Part shown: in pieces, positions 28,412 to 42,541 of the stretch | Layout: every line of letters begins with the position of its first letter | Numbering within the stretch: position 1 is the first letter of the stretch | NCBI GenBank assembly: GCA_951406725.2 | Contig: OX597817.1 | Location: 137,082,001 to 137,146,000, forward strand | DNA length: 64,000 nucleotides | Source of the DNA: Octopus vulgaris | Taxonomy: Eukaryota | Direction: 5' to 3' | The notes under the pieces: generated by a model | The model's database searches: none | What the model was told of the DNA's origin: nothing | Seen by the model: the letters and a program-made list of their open reading frames with translations, nothing else | Position numbers and translations under genes: made by a program

Positions 28412-28617
28412 ACTCTTTTACTCTTATCTGGTTCAGTCATTTGACTGCGGCCATGCTGGAGCACCGCCTTTAGGGGAACATATTGACCCCAGGACTTAGA
28501 GCGTAGTCCTTATTCAATCGTTCTCTTTTGTCGAACCGCTATGTTACGGGGACGTAAACACACCAGCATTGGTTGTGAAGCGATGGTGGGGGATAAACAC
28601 AGACACACATACACACA

Positions 28618-28654
<37 letters not shown>

Positions 28655-28815
28655 GACGGGCTTCTTTCAGTTTCCGTCTACTAAATCCACCCACAAGACT
28701 TTGGTCGGCCTGAGACTATAGCAGAAGGCACAAGCCCAAGGTGCTACGCAGTGGGACTGAACCCGGAACAATGTAGTTGGTAAGCAAGCTTCTTACCACA
28801 CAGCCAATCCTGCGC
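28412..28815 (-). mobile_element. SINE family A, near full length
   Basis: Reverse complement of the family A head, core and tail. Confidence 0.85.
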
Positions 28816-29952
28816 GTGTGTGTGTGCGTGTGTCTGTCTGTCTGTCTGTATGTATGAATATAGGTGTGTGTGTGTGTATACAGTATGATTTATGTATATA
28901 TTTATGTGTGTATGTGTGTGTGTTCCTTAGAGTTGGCATAGAGAAATAAACTTCCTAGATCTATTATCAATCTTCCTAAACGTTCTCAGTCAAATCTTCA
29001 AGACGAAGTGGTGCTAGCGCGTGTTGCAGCTTCTCTATTAGGGTCAGGACCAATGTCATTAACAAGAACTTTAATTTTGAACTGTAGAGTCATATGTCAT
29101 TTGTCAGATATTTATGACATTTTTTATGACTGAAGTATATTGGCGATGGCTTCATTTTAATACTAAACTGTGTAACCGCTATTGCTTCACCATTGATCAT
29201 ACGTTTTCTACTATATTCTCTACAGTGTAGATATGTTGCTCACAAATACTTTCCTATTTAGTTTTATGTAAGAAGTGCTGAGTATCATAATTAGTCCTTG
29301 TATATTAATGGTAATTAGGCGGAAGAATATATTGTTTGTACGACCAACATCATACGAGAGTGTGCTGGAATGTTCCTGGTTTTGTGTAAAAGAAAATACA
29401 GGAGGATCAGTTAATTATGAGTTTATTTAACATATTCCTCATTTCAGATTTACACACTTATTGCAGCGGTCCTTCAGTTTTTCTAAACCCTGTAAAAATA
29501 ACTCGGAAGGTTGGGCCTCCAGCCAGGCTTTTCGTGACGTCCTTAAAGACAGGACATTTTCAGCACCCACCCCGCTCGTATTTAAAGTCGCATCATTTAC
29601 AAAATGAAATTTACAAATCCTATTCACCATTAGCAACTTGTTCGTGGTCGACATTTTTGGGATTATTTTAAATTCAAGTGATTTTGTAGTGTTTTAGGAT
29701 TAGTGTTAATTAACGGGAAACACTAATCAACATTTAATAACAATATTTATCTTTGTATGCATAGTATGTAAGTATGTATGTATGTATGTATGTATCTATC
29801 TATATATATATGTATATGTATTTCAGGGTATTGCAGGGAAAATTAAATACTGAAAAATAAACCCCATAAAATAACGCATTTGGCCAAATTTTGACATACA
29901 ACAGTTTAACATAATAGGAACGATGTGTGTGTGTGTGTGTGTGTGTGTGTAT

Positions 29953-30021
<69 letters not shown>

Positions 30022-30539
30022 TCTTTATGTGCTCTCGCGTGTGTCTGTGCGCGTGTTTTTGTATATGTTGATAGCGGATTTGTTATTGGCTGAACTGGGC
30101 CTGTGGTTATACAAGGGATTACACTAGAGTTTCCGTTTCTATATGCATTTGCATGCGATTGCTTGTATGAGCGCGTATAAAATGTATGCGAGGGAGGAGA
30201 AGTTATGGCCAGTTTTTTTCCGTGTGTGTGTGTGTGTGCTTGCTTTCCACTTTGCGCTCCAGCTATAAAGCAAGCCTATTGCCTGTCATGCAACTGATGT
30301 GATGTTTAGCGATTAAGAACGAGGTGCAGGTGAGGGGTTATCGATAATGTTAGGAGGAGGTGAAGGAAGAGAGAGAGAGAAGAAGAGGAGGAGAAAGAGG
30401 AAGAAGAAGAGGAAGATAAGACGCCGTAGCAATATAGTAGAAGAAGAGGAAGAAGAAGCAAAGAAGAAGAAGAAGAAGAAGAAGAAGAAGAAGAAGAAGA
30501 AGAAGAAGAAGAAGAAGAAGAAGGATGATGATGATGATA

Positions 30540-30752
30540 ATCCTTTCTATTGAAGGCACAAGGTCTGAAATATTTGAGGGGAGGGGACTAGTCGATTACA
30601 TCGACCCCCAGTACTGGTACTTAATTTATCGACCCCGAAAGGATGAAAGGCAAAGTGGGCCCTAGCGGCCTTTGAACTTGGAACGTAAGGAAGGACGAAA
30701 TACCGCTAAGCCTTTTGCTTGGCATACCAACGATTTTGCCAGCTCGCCACCT
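30540..30752 (-). mobile_element. SINE family B, near full length, next to (TAA)n
   Basis: Minus strand GGTGGCGAGCTGGCAAAATCGTTGG...GTTCAAA...GCCTTTCATCCTTTCGGGGTCGATAAATTAAGTACCAG...CTTGTGCCTTCAATAGAAAGG. Confidence 0.8.
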
Positions 30753-30753
30753 C

Positions 30754-30805
<52 letters not shown>

Positions 30806-30940
30806 GTACAACACTAAGTACAAAACCAAATATATGGCACCCTAGGCATAACACCAACACGAACTTCCAACTTGTTGTCTCTTGAGGTCTCTGGGTGAGA
30901 CTTGGAGCCAGCTTGTGCAAATTTAAAGCAAAAGTCAAAC

Positions 30941-30998
<58 letters not shown>

Positions 30999-31667
30999 AG
31001 AAGAAGAAAAAGCTGTTGATGCTGATGATGACTATGGTGATGATGTTGATGATGTTGATGTTGCTAATGATTTTAATGATGACATGAGCATAAAATTAGA
31101 TGAATAGTTTCATACCGTAGTTACTCCCGCTCATCGCCATTGCGATCTTCAACCGAAGTGAAGCTCGATTGATGGGGTGTGGTGGTGGTGGGGGGAGAAA
31201 TCAGTTTAAAGAAATAGTAGTCATTGAATACTCGCATCCTGTTTTGTTAACAAACTAAAATATTTGAATACATACATACATACATGCAAACATACGTATG
31301 TGCATATATGTATGTATACATGCATGTTTACTTATAAACTTGCATGCATACGTATATAGATACATGCACGCGGACATAGATATAAGCTTGCATGCCAACA
31401 CACATAAATACACACTTGGTGGTTGTCTACTCCTTATGCAGTGTTTGACCACCTCCTATACCTAAACCTTAGCACCATCACGGCACCTGATGTGGCTTTT
31501 TAAACCAGACAAAGTTCTGAAAAGACACCCACATAGATTGCATATCCGATTTGGACCATCAAGAGCTGCAGATAAGTTCTGATCTTTGGGGATCTTAAAA
31601 TGTTTGTAAATATGCATATATCCGTTTTTTTTCTATTCTTATATGTATGTATATGTATATTTTTACG

Positions 31668-31702
<35 letters not shown>

Positions 31703-32018
31703 TTAAACCTTTATTCATATTTTTAAATTGCATATCTTTTACTTTTTTATACTTATATATATTATTTATATTTAATTCTTATTTATATTTGCAAACACGA
31801 GTGGTGTATGAAAAGTTTTGAGCCTTCAGGGCCTTTGAGCCTTGAAGTCTTGTACCTTCATCAGCAGTCTTGAGTGTTTTTTTCGTATCAGCAGCACTAG
31901 TGAGGACTCGTCATAACGCACAAAGTAAAAAAAAAAAGACTCTACCACAGAAGAGTAGACCAGGTGAGAGAGAAAGAGAGAGTGTGTGATGGCTTTACTT
32001 GAGGTACTGGTAGGAGTT

Positions 32019-32063
<45 letters not shown>

Positions 32064-32072
32064 TAGATAGAC

Positions 32073-32128
<56 letters not shown>

Positions 32129-32145
32129 GAATGGATGGATAGATA

Positions 32146-32735
32146 TGTTTCTTTATTAGCCACACCGGGCTGAACACAGAGGGGACAAATTACAAAGTAG
32201 AGCTTTTCTTTTTGGGGAGAAAAAAATTTTTTTATAAAAAAATAAATAAAAGGGGGGGGGGTAGGTTTTCGATCAAAAGGGGTCGTAAAAAAACGATCAA
32301 TAGGGATCGTGTATCACAGAAATGTCATGATGCAAAGTGTAAAGGGGGAAGCAGATAAGGTTTATCCGAGGAAAGAAAAGCCTACGGTAATCTCGGTCAA
32401 TGACGTCACATGTTAACACATTTATTTGCAAGTAAGTAACTCTCTGTTTTAAATTTTTCCGGGTTCATAGGATTATGCTCAAGGTGGCTTCGTCATTCAT
32501 AGGTGCCATCCTTGCTACGTTCACCCATCTTTTTTTGAAACATTCGCTAGACAAAACTTGCCTCTCTACTCTCACCCTACTTTTCAAGTGATACTTGAAG
32601 AAGTTGATTAGAGATTGACCAAAGAGGAAAATGTTAGTCTCCAATCCTTTCAGCCGCGTCCACCAGATACATTCTTTCGCCATAGCCACAAAAATGATGA
32701 AAATAGCTCTTCCTTCCCGTTGGAAGGAAGAGCTA
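32146..32735 (-). mobile_element. Tx1/L1-like LINE 3' end (ORF2 C-terminus + 3'UTR)
   Basis: VAMAKECIWWTRLKGL...LINFFKYHLKSRVRVERQVLSSECFKKRW resembles the Tx1-type C-terminal K..IW..R...F...W pattern; UTR ends AATAAAGAAA next to (TATC)n. Confidence 0.65.
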
Positions 32736-33865
32736 TTTTCATCATGATTTTCATATGATGGGAGGAACGGATTGATGTTGTCAGGGTGTAATGTTGAAGA
32801 GAGTAACACAAGTGGAAGAGGCAGGAGAAAAGGTGCCGGAGCAGATTCTCAAAGCATCATGTTCAAGAATCTGACCAGAGGAGAGCGCAACGACAAAAGA
32901 TTTCGGGAGAGTGAGTGAAGTTTGTAAGAGAGCAATCGCTCGCTCGTCCGAGCTCAAGCATTATGATTCAAAAGGAAGAGAAAGAAAGTATGGTGGTGTA
33001 TGGTTGGATTCAGACTGCATACGCCAGGTGGCGTGATATGGTGGCTAGGAGAGATGATGAGATAACGAAAGGTTATAAGACAGGTGTACAATTGGAAATA
33101 AGTTGGGGGAAATGATCTTATGAAGCACTGCATATCGCCAGTCGATACGGCCCTCATATTTCAATGTACGGAAATCATATGTTATCACAATAATCACAGG
33201 ATGAAAAACAAAATACTAATATAGCTCTACTATAAAATATTTATAAATAAGCATTGACTCTTTTGACGCCTGTGTCGAGAAAAGAAGTCGTTGGAAAGTA
33301 AGGATCTCTCTGAATAAAAAAAATAAATAAAGATATAATTCAGTCGAGAATTTATTCTGAAGTGTTGGAATATTCCTGCAAAGATGAGAACTCGATAAAA
33401 CACGATTGTTTATAATTTGTAACAAGTGAAACATTGGTGACATTCCGCCATAATGCCGGTATGAAGCTCACATTGACATGAGCAACCGCACTCATATATA
33501 TTCCTCGACCCTCTCTCTCTTTCTCTTTCTCTCCCTCTCTCACCACCATTTTCTTTTCTTACGCTTTCTCTCTTTTTTACACACATATACATACAGCCAC
33601 AGACACAAACACTTGGTAGTTGAATACCAACATAGGAACCTTAACATGACGTACACCAATGAAATAAAATGAGTCGAAATGTGTAAGCAGCAAAGACACC
33701 CCGTGATCATTTATGCAAAACTGAAGCGATTAAATATGAAGTTGAAATCGTCGTGTGTGTGTGTGTGTGTAGGATTGAAGTTTGATTTAAACAACGATAC
33801 TTCAAATATGTTTCTTCCTCCAGAAATACAGAAATAAGAAATAAAACAAAACTTAACCAAATATA

Positions 33866-34753
33866 CGAGTCCGATCAATAAGTATCCGGACTGTTGCCAT
33901 AGTAACGAAACTAAAGTATGCAGAAAGAAGCTGCTTGATACAGATGGACTTTAAACTCTGCTGTGCATGTGTACTAAGTTTTAACGTTCTAGCTTGCTTC
34001 CGCTGTTTACAGCAGTTCTTGGAAGAAAGGTGTGTATCGTGTGATCGTTGCATTGACCATGACAGAGAAAGTTGTCATGGCGATACCTGCTCAGAGGCCA
34101 ACGCAAAGTTGCAGAAAGTGTATGGAGAGGAGTGTATGAGCCACATACAAGTGTACGAGGGGTTCAGAAATTTCCAAGATGGTCGAAAAAATGTCGATAT
34201 TGACGAACTTTCTGGGAGGCCTGCAACCAGCAGACCTGAGAAAAACTTTGCAGATGTGCGTGAAGCTGTGGGAGGAAATCGTCGAACTACAATCCATGAG
34301 TTATCAAAGGATGTGCAGATTAGTTACGGTTCAGTTCAGTCCATTATCAACAAAAGATTTGGGTATGAGATGCGTGTCTGCAAAATTTGTGCCGAAACTT
34401 TCAACTAATCAAAAAAAAAAAAAGAAACCCAAAAAACACTCTTTGATTGTATCGAGAACGATGAAAACATTTTGAAAATTTTGCGGAGGCCTCTAAGCAG
34501 GTATCGCTTAGCTTTTGGCAAAATATGAAGCAGATTCTCCGCTCAACTTTCTCTGTCATGGTCAATGTGTCGATCACATCCTACACGCTTTCCTTCCAAG
34601 CACTGCTGTAAACAATGGAAGTGAGCTAGAAGGTTAAAACTTAGCGGAAATGCACAGCAGAGATGAAGGTCAAACTGTACCAAGCGGCTTCACTCTGCAT
34701 GCTTTAGCTTCGTTATTATGGCGACAGCCCGGATACTTATTGATCAGAGCACG
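33866..34753 (+). mobile_element. Non-autonomous Tc1/mariner derivative with long inverted arms and a truncated transposase HTH region
   Basis: TA|CGAGTCCGATCAATAAGTATCCGGACTG...CAGCCCGGATACTTATTGATCAGAGCACG|TA; internal KLQKVYGEECMS..QVYE...FQDGR...SGRP...RRTTIHELS mariner N-terminus; no DDD domain. Confidence 0.88.
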
Positions 34754-36164
34754 TATGAAGAGTTTGAAGGAAAATGCAACTGATTTCTGCATAGTGTATG
34801 CAGCTCATACAGAAATGTTGCTAAAGTTACAGCTTATGAATAACTGACAAGAACCTAACATTCTGCAACCTGTTTAAATATCAGATAAGAAAATATCGAC
34901 AAGCACCTTCTGAAACATTGAAGGATTATACCAATATTTGATTGAAAGGATCGATAGCTCATTATTTAGCGAAACGATCATAGGTCCTTCCCTCATTAGC
35001 CTTGTCTATAAATCATATATATGTTAATTTTCCATTTTCATTTCCACGCAGCAGCATGGAACAATGTCAAACTATTTACCAATAACAATCATTCTCTCAA
35101 TTTCCTTCCCCACTTTCAACCCACCAAACGCAGTGATGGCATAAAAGCACTTTATATCATTACGTATTTTATTTACGTATTTCATTTCTCGTACTTTATT
35201 TTCACATCTTTAACTGAAATTTCCTTACTAAAATTCTATCTCTAAATCAACCCCTCCATTTCCCCCTTTAATTTAGTTATTTTTTGTTTTCACTATCCAG
35301 CAGAATAACACATCTTTAACTATAAAGAGATCCTCATTTAATCTAAAAGCCAACACTTCACACACTAAAATTATACAGGCCACTTATGATTTAGGAAAAG
35401 GTAGAGTTTATTGTCTTAAGGTAAGACGTGATGTATTATTAATAACGGACTATATGCATGCGCTTTCTATGCACGAGCACACACGGTATAACCATGAGTG
35501 TTCGATATATATATTGCACTATGTATCTATTACTCTGATTTTGCTCATGCAAACACCTGTAACTCATATACATATATATACGCATAGGGCCTAGCTCCCC
35601 TCTGACTCCTATATGCCTTAACAGCTGGACCATCTTTTGTTATGTGACCCCTATCTAGAAGACCTGTGAGTAGTGGTGATTGAGGTCTAAATCCCACTCC
35701 TCAGAAATTCTTGACCACGCGTGTTGATGCTTCCCTATCTGATACAGTTTAATGTCTTACCCGAGAATATGGATAAAAGTTAGAAAGAATTTACATTTTT
35801 ATAAAAATATGTAACTGGTTTCACTTACTTTAAAAGACGATGTAGTCATGCTGATACAACAGGAGACCTAAAATGACATGGAATCAATTCAATTAAATCC
35901 TTCATTATATCAGTTCTGGAAGATCAGATGTTCTTCCTATAAAAAATCACACGGTGCTGGTCCTTCGTTTCCTGTCAACGAAGAAAGAAAGAAAGAAAGA
36001 AAAAAGAACTTTGATAGTATCTTTATTCAAATAGCCCTCACTATGTAAGGAACTGAAGTCATTAAATTTTGGTTAGATTATTATGCAGATGAACTTCCTC
36101 ATTGCATAAAGAAATTAGAAGCACTAAAATGAAGTTAATTTCTGTAGAGCACTGACCAGTATCG

Positions 36165-36430
36165 TTATTTTTTTCTACTCTAGGCACAAGGCCTGAAATT
36201 TTCGGGGTGATTAACTAAAGGAAGCGACAAACTGGTGGAATCGTTAGCACGTAGAGCTAGCTTAGCGACATTTCTTCCGGCACGACGCCTTCAGTTCAAA
36301 CTCCGCCGACATCGACTTTTTATAATTTCGGGCTCATTGGAAGAAGCATCAGTCGAGTATTGTGGTCAGTGAAAACTACAACCCCTATCAACCAAAATTT
36401 CAGGGCTTGTGTCTATAGTAGAAAGGGTCA
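36165..36430. mobile_element. SINE family B degenerate copy plus an inverted tail fragment
   Basis: GTTAGCACG...CTTAGCGACATTTC...GTTCAAACTCCGCCGACATCGACTTT...CTTGTGTCTATAGTAGAAAGG followed by (CTT)n(ATT)n. Confidence 0.65.
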
Positions 36431-36438
36431 TTCTCCTT

Positions 36439-36511
<73 letters not shown>

Positions 36512-37542
36512 GCTGAAAAACTTCGCTATAGAGAAGCTCATCTAATTACTTAACTGTGCTAAGTTAATTGCTAGAAATTAAGCAGTTAATATTGAATCGG
36601 ATTTGTTAGTGTCCTTTTACACAATATTGTAGCAATTTTTTTGTGTGTGTTTTGTTAAGGTTGTCCTATATCTTGTTTATTTGTTGGTTATTATTGTCGT
36701 TACTACTAAAAGCTATTGTCGCCATCGTCGTCGACATAATCGAAGTCCCCGTCGTCATCGTCGTCGTCGACATAATCGAAGTCCCCGTCGTCACCGTCGT
36801 CATCATCGTTGCCGTCGTCATTGATGCTGTTGTTGTTGTTGTTGTTGATATTGTTGCTGTTGTCGTTGTTTGTCGCTGAATTTTGTTGAATTGCTTCTGT
36901 GAGATTCCAACAGAAATTCTGGATTACTTTTGTTTTAATTCAATCCTGCTTGAAAAAAAATATATTAAAGATGGCGACACCATTGATGCACTTAGAGTTG
37001 CATCTGCAGTTGCAGTTCTATTCTCTGAAAACAGAATCCAGTAAAAGAGAGAACGGATGGCGGTGGTGGTGGTGACGGCGCGATAAGGTTTCGATCTGCA
37101 ATTATCTCATTCTGCTGGAGATTACTTCATTGCGCAGCACATACGAGTCTAGTTTTCGTCTTTTTATATAATTTCACATTTGTGCGGCTTGGATTATACA
37201 CACACACATACATACATATATACATACATACATACATACATACATACATACATACATACATACATACATAAATACATGCGTATATTTATATATATATATA
37301 TCCATATATGTGTATATGTATATATGTTGATGTGTGTCTGTATTTATGTACACATATGGATGGATGTAAATATGAATTGTGTGTGTGTGTGTGTGTGTGT
37401 GCGTGTGTGAATGTTTACATTCTTATATTAATATTCTCAGGTATTTACATATATAAATGGATATAAATGTACAGATTCACACATACAGACACACAAACGC
37501 ACGCATATAGATACACACACAGCACACGCACGCACGTACAAA

Positions 37543-37603
<61 letters not shown>

Positions 37604-37772
37604 ATGTGCGTATGTATGCATGTATATATATATTTATATATATACATATATATATATACATACATACATATATATATATACATACATATATATATACATA
37701 CATATATATATATATATATACATATATACATATATATATACATATATACATACATATATATATATATACATA

Positions 37773-37806
<34 letters not shown>

Positions 37807-37841
37807 CATACATATATATATACATACATATATATACATAA

Positions 37842-37873
<32 letters not shown>

Positions 37874-37885
37874 CATATATATACA

Positions 37886-37969
<84 letters not shown>

Positions 37970-37981
37970 AAGAGAAAGAGA

Positions 37982-38012
<31 letters not shown>

Positions 38013-38297
38013 TGAGTGAGAGAAATGTTAGAGTGTATATGCTCATATCTAAAGGTTATAGAACAGGAAAGTAAGATGATAAATACGAAATGTTTAAAGT
38101 CTTCATCAAATCTACAGAGAGAGAAGGAAGTTATCTTCAGAGGAATTGATGGAAAAATAAGTTTTAATAGCAAAAGAAGTAACCAAGAAATATAATACAG
38201 CGCGCAGATCGAGAAGGGCACATTAATAAGCTTCATTATTACGTGTGTGCGTCGTGTGTATGTGTGTGTGTGTGTGTATAAGCGTGTGTGTGTGTGT

Positions 38298-38756
38298 AGG
38301 TGCAGGTGACTTGAAAGAAGTTTGTTTCCTAACCACAGGGTTCAGTCCCACTGCGTGGCACATTGAGCAAGTGGCTCTACTACTTTAGCCCCCGACAGAC
38401 CAAAGTCTCCGGAAACTAGAAGAAGCCTGTCGTGTATATATATAGATATATATATATATATGTATTCTTTTTTCTTTTCTTTTTATTTGTTTCAGTCATT
38501 TGACTGCGGCCATGATGGAGCACCGCCTTTAGTCGAGCAAAGCCTAGTAATTTACGGTTGTCAAGAGGTGTTGGGGGAAACAAACACAGAGACAAAAACA
38601 TATATATATATATTTCCGTCTACCAGATCCACTCACAAGGCTTTGGTCGGCCCAAGGCTATAGTAGAAGGCACTTGCCCAAGGTTCCGTGCAGTGGGACT
38701 GAACCCGAGACCATGTGGTTGGGAAGCTCCTTACCACAAAGTCGCTCCTGCGCCTA
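38298..38756. mobile_element. Two SINE family A pieces in opposite orientation
   Basis: 38298-38435 + (head/core) and 38470-38756 - (tail to head). Confidence 0.75.
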
Positions 38757-38789
38757 TATAGTTATATAGTTATATTTAGCATTAAAGTT

Positions 38790-39430
38790 TAGGCAGAAGA
38801 CTTTAAAGTGTATTATCCAAACCTTGCTTGGGTATGTCCCTTGTAGTGTGCCTTGAGAGGACGTTCACCACATACTGTTACCAGCCATTTGCCTATATCT
38901 TTGTTTACTGTTCCCAATGCACCAATTATTATAGGTACAACCTGTACTGTTCGCATGCTCCAAATCTTTCCTATTTCAAATTTTAAGGGACTGAATTTTC
39001 TTTGTTTTTCTACCCCTTTCATTACGACCCTGAAATTAAATGGGCATGATGGGTCGATAAGAAAGCACCTTCGCTTTTCCTTATCTATAATCGCTATATC
39101 TGGTCTATTATTTTCTAACTTCTTGTCTCTTTGAATAGGAAAGTCCCACAAAATCTTGCATATCTTTAACTCCAGTACTCTTCCGACTCGATGATTGTAC
39201 CATGTGATTCCAGCTTCAGCTCCTCATTTCTGGCACAGTTTCCAGTACAACCTGGTTGTACTTCCATTTTTTATATTGTTCCTGTGCCAACTTAGGGCAT
39301 TCTATCACAATGTGTGCTATTGTCTTTTTCTAGGTCCTACAGGTTCTACATTTTTCTGACACATTCTCTCCATATATATATATATTTCTCAAACTGTTTT
39401 TATCGCTTGATCTTGGGTTGCTACAATTAG
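38790..39430 (-). mobile_element. R4/Dong-like RLE non-LTR retrotransposon fragment
   Basis: KILWDFPIQRDKKLENNRPDIAIIDKEKRRCFLIDPSCP...EK...W...VVPIIIGALG is an RPD..D restriction-like endonuclease; upstream CCHC remnant (CRTC...TIAHIVIECP). Confidence 0.85.
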
Positions 39431-39489
39431 GTTTTCTTCTATTATTATTATTACAATTATTTCACTTTATTTCAGGTTTTGTTAGAGCT

Positions 39490-40200
39490 CCAGGAGTATT
39501 GCATGCGTAGTGGGCTTGCTACCTGCATTTCAGCTATCTCATACGTCCTTGATTATTCTGGCCGTACCAAGGAGGCAAACCTTTTGTAACAGTTCTACTG
39601 GGCACACTATTACAATTTTCTTTATATCCTCTCGATGCCTTCTGATACTGTCCCCCAAGGACCCAATAGCTTCTTCATTTTCCATAGCCGAGTTATTTCT
39701 ATCTTTTCACCTTCCTTCTTGACTATTCGTGGGTGAAAGGGTATCCAATATCAACTATACAGCATATATGATGCATCTTGTCCACCACCGCTAGGTCCGG
39801 TCTGTTATGTTTTAGCGCCTGATCTGTTTGGATTCGGAAATCCCAGAAGATTTTCCTAGTCTCCGACTTCGCCACTCTCTGCAGACTGTGTTCATACTAC
39901 GTCTTGCCTCTCTCTAGTTCCGACTTTTCGCACAGTTTCCAATGTAGCACTTTCACTACCTGTTCGTGTCACCACGACTTGTAGTAGTTTTGGGCACGTC
40001 TAGGGTATTCGTTCATGATATGGTCAATTGTTTCGTCCACTCACTTGCAGATGCGGCACATTGGAGACACTTGCTCATTCCTAAGGTTGACTCTCCAATT
40101 CGTGGCCAAATTGCGCTGCCAGTATAGTGCTCTCAGTCTCTTTTTATAGTGTCCCCTTCTTCAGCCAATCCCACCTATTTTTTCCTGCAACTTCTGTTGT
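39490..40200 (-). mobile_element. Second R4/Dong-like fragment (different subfamily)
   Basis: Minus strand gives MCRICK..DETIDHI..., KIFWDFRIQTDQALKHNRPDLAVVDK, LQKVCLLGTARIIKDV. Confidence 0.8.
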
Positions 40201-40319
40201 GGCTACATGGAATTGATTGTGTAGACCATTGTTGCGTAATTTTTCTTCGTGTCCTTTTCGCACTTCTTCCTTCGTTTTTCCTTTTTTCTCTGCTTTCAAT
40301 AATAATAATAATAATAATA

Positions 40320-41385
40320 ATTACTGAAATATAACTGAAAATTTGGCGAGAGGAAGTGGCGCAGGCAGCAGAGAAATACCTCCATATAATACAACACAAA
40401 CATTTAAATTGATAGAGTTTCCAAAGGATGTGAGCAGTACTTACCAGCACATTATTTTGGATTTCCTTGTGACATGGTTCTCCTGGGATGTTGTCAATAT
40501 GTTTCTGGCATTCCTTTTTTATCACACCCAGGGCACCTACAATAACAGGAATAATTTTTCCTTTAAGATTCCACACACGTTGTATTTCAATTCCACGCCC
40601 TTATATTCAATAAGTTGTCAAATTTCTTTATAGATATAATTTCATCAGTGGGAACACTCACATACATTATTCTGCAAGTATTTACCCCCTGTCCTTAATA
40701 ATTATGACTGCTCGATTAGCTTCGAGAGTTCTGTCAGCATTGATTGGAAAATTCATTCAACAACTGGCTCAGGATGATGTTCATACCAGTAAGCAGTGGT
40801 ACCGATTTTGTAGTGTTTACATACTTTCCAATGTAATACTGTTCTGCCCTATCGTGGTGATTTTTGTATTCGTTTGGAGCCATCACAAGACATCCGGAAA
40901 CGCGATAGTCTACTGTTTTGTCGAATGTATCGCAGAATTTGCATTTAGGGTCAGTACCACTTTAGAGAACGTTAACCTCGTAATTTCTAGTAAGCAAGCT
41001 TGATCTTGTGATCAAGTATGAATCCTGCAGTCTCTACTTTCAATCCTGAACTCCTCAGCCACTGATGGGTTGTTGATTGGTCTACATCAGCATTTTGGCT
41101 TCGGAGAATATATTGTCCATGCAGGGAACCCTGGCTCTACCGCTTCTCAATTTGTTTCTCTTCTTTTTTGCAGTCTACTTGACTCGTTTGGCTTGCTTTA
41201 TAGCAGATGTTTTAGGATCTAATTCGGGGTTTGATGCCAAATTCCCACTGGAATTTTCTAGCTTCCTTGACAATAGAATGCGACTTTTTGCTGCTTTCAT
41301 GTTCGCACACAAGTCGCAGCATCCAATCCTTTGTACTAGATAAATACCTGTTCATTCCTGTAGTAGGAGTCTTATAGCACAGTTC
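40320..41385 (-). mobile_element. Third R4/Dong-like fragment
   Basis: WNLKGKIIPVIVGALGVIKK...EIQNNVLVSTAHIL; upstream CRFC...TVDYRVSGC; (AAT)n on both sides. Confidence 0.75.
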
Positions 41386-41997
41386 TAATAATAATAATAA
41401 GTATTATTATTAATATTATAACGTTCATACTCAACACCTTTATTTATCGTCATTATGCTCTATAGACTGAAAGACATTTCTCTATGACTTCTAACTTCTA
41501 AATACACACAATTACTATATTTTAAAGTGCTCTGATCCTTTTAGCTTTCTATTTTCTCTCATCTGGTCTCTCTTTCACCTCCACCCCCTCTCTCTCTCTC
41601 TTTCCATTTCCTATCTAAAACTAAAATACCTGACTACACCAGCAATTACCGCCTTCATTATTCTTCAACTTTTGTTTATTGTCTTGGTTACAAAGCTACC
41701 GATCAAGACTCATGACGTGGTGAATTTAATGATCAATAAATAATCTATACAGATCAATAAACCACATGTAAAACACACAACGGTGATTCAATAATATTTG
41801 CTTCTCTTTAATACAACCACAATAACATTTATTGCTCTTTCTCTCTTCTTTCAGGTGTTTTCACCTCAAAGACTTCTAACATAGGTTCTTAGAACAGGTG
41901 CACTGCATGTCTCGCTCTCTGTAGGTAACATAGTTATACTGATAACTATATCTAAATACACCTACATTATGTATATACATATATGTATAGATATACG

Positions 41998-42076
<79 letters not shown>

Positions 42077-42125
42077 ATATATATATATATATATACATAC
42101 ATATGTATATATATTATACACACAC

Positions 42126-42225
<100 letters not shown>

Positions 42226-42541
42226 CGTTTATGTATTCGTTTTGTAAGATTCCTCATGTGAACTCGTGTGTTGAAACAGATATTGTTGTATTTCGGAATG
42301 GTCATATTGACAATTTAGCCAATGAAAGCACAGGCACTATATATGCGTGTGTTTTCATTGGCTAAATTGGCAACATGACCATCCCCAAATACAACAATAT
42401 ATATATAGATATATGATTAATCTAAATAATTTAGGAATACAAATTTCCAAATCAATCAGGTACAACACTTCAGCATTATATACATCTACATATCGTACCT
42501 TGGGGTTTTATTTATCATATATTTATATATTTATGTATAAA

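Noticed and set aside
31797-31830. Solo mariner-like TIR (CGAGTGGTGTATGAAAAGTTTTGAGCCT)
   Set aside because: No partner TIR or transposase found nearby
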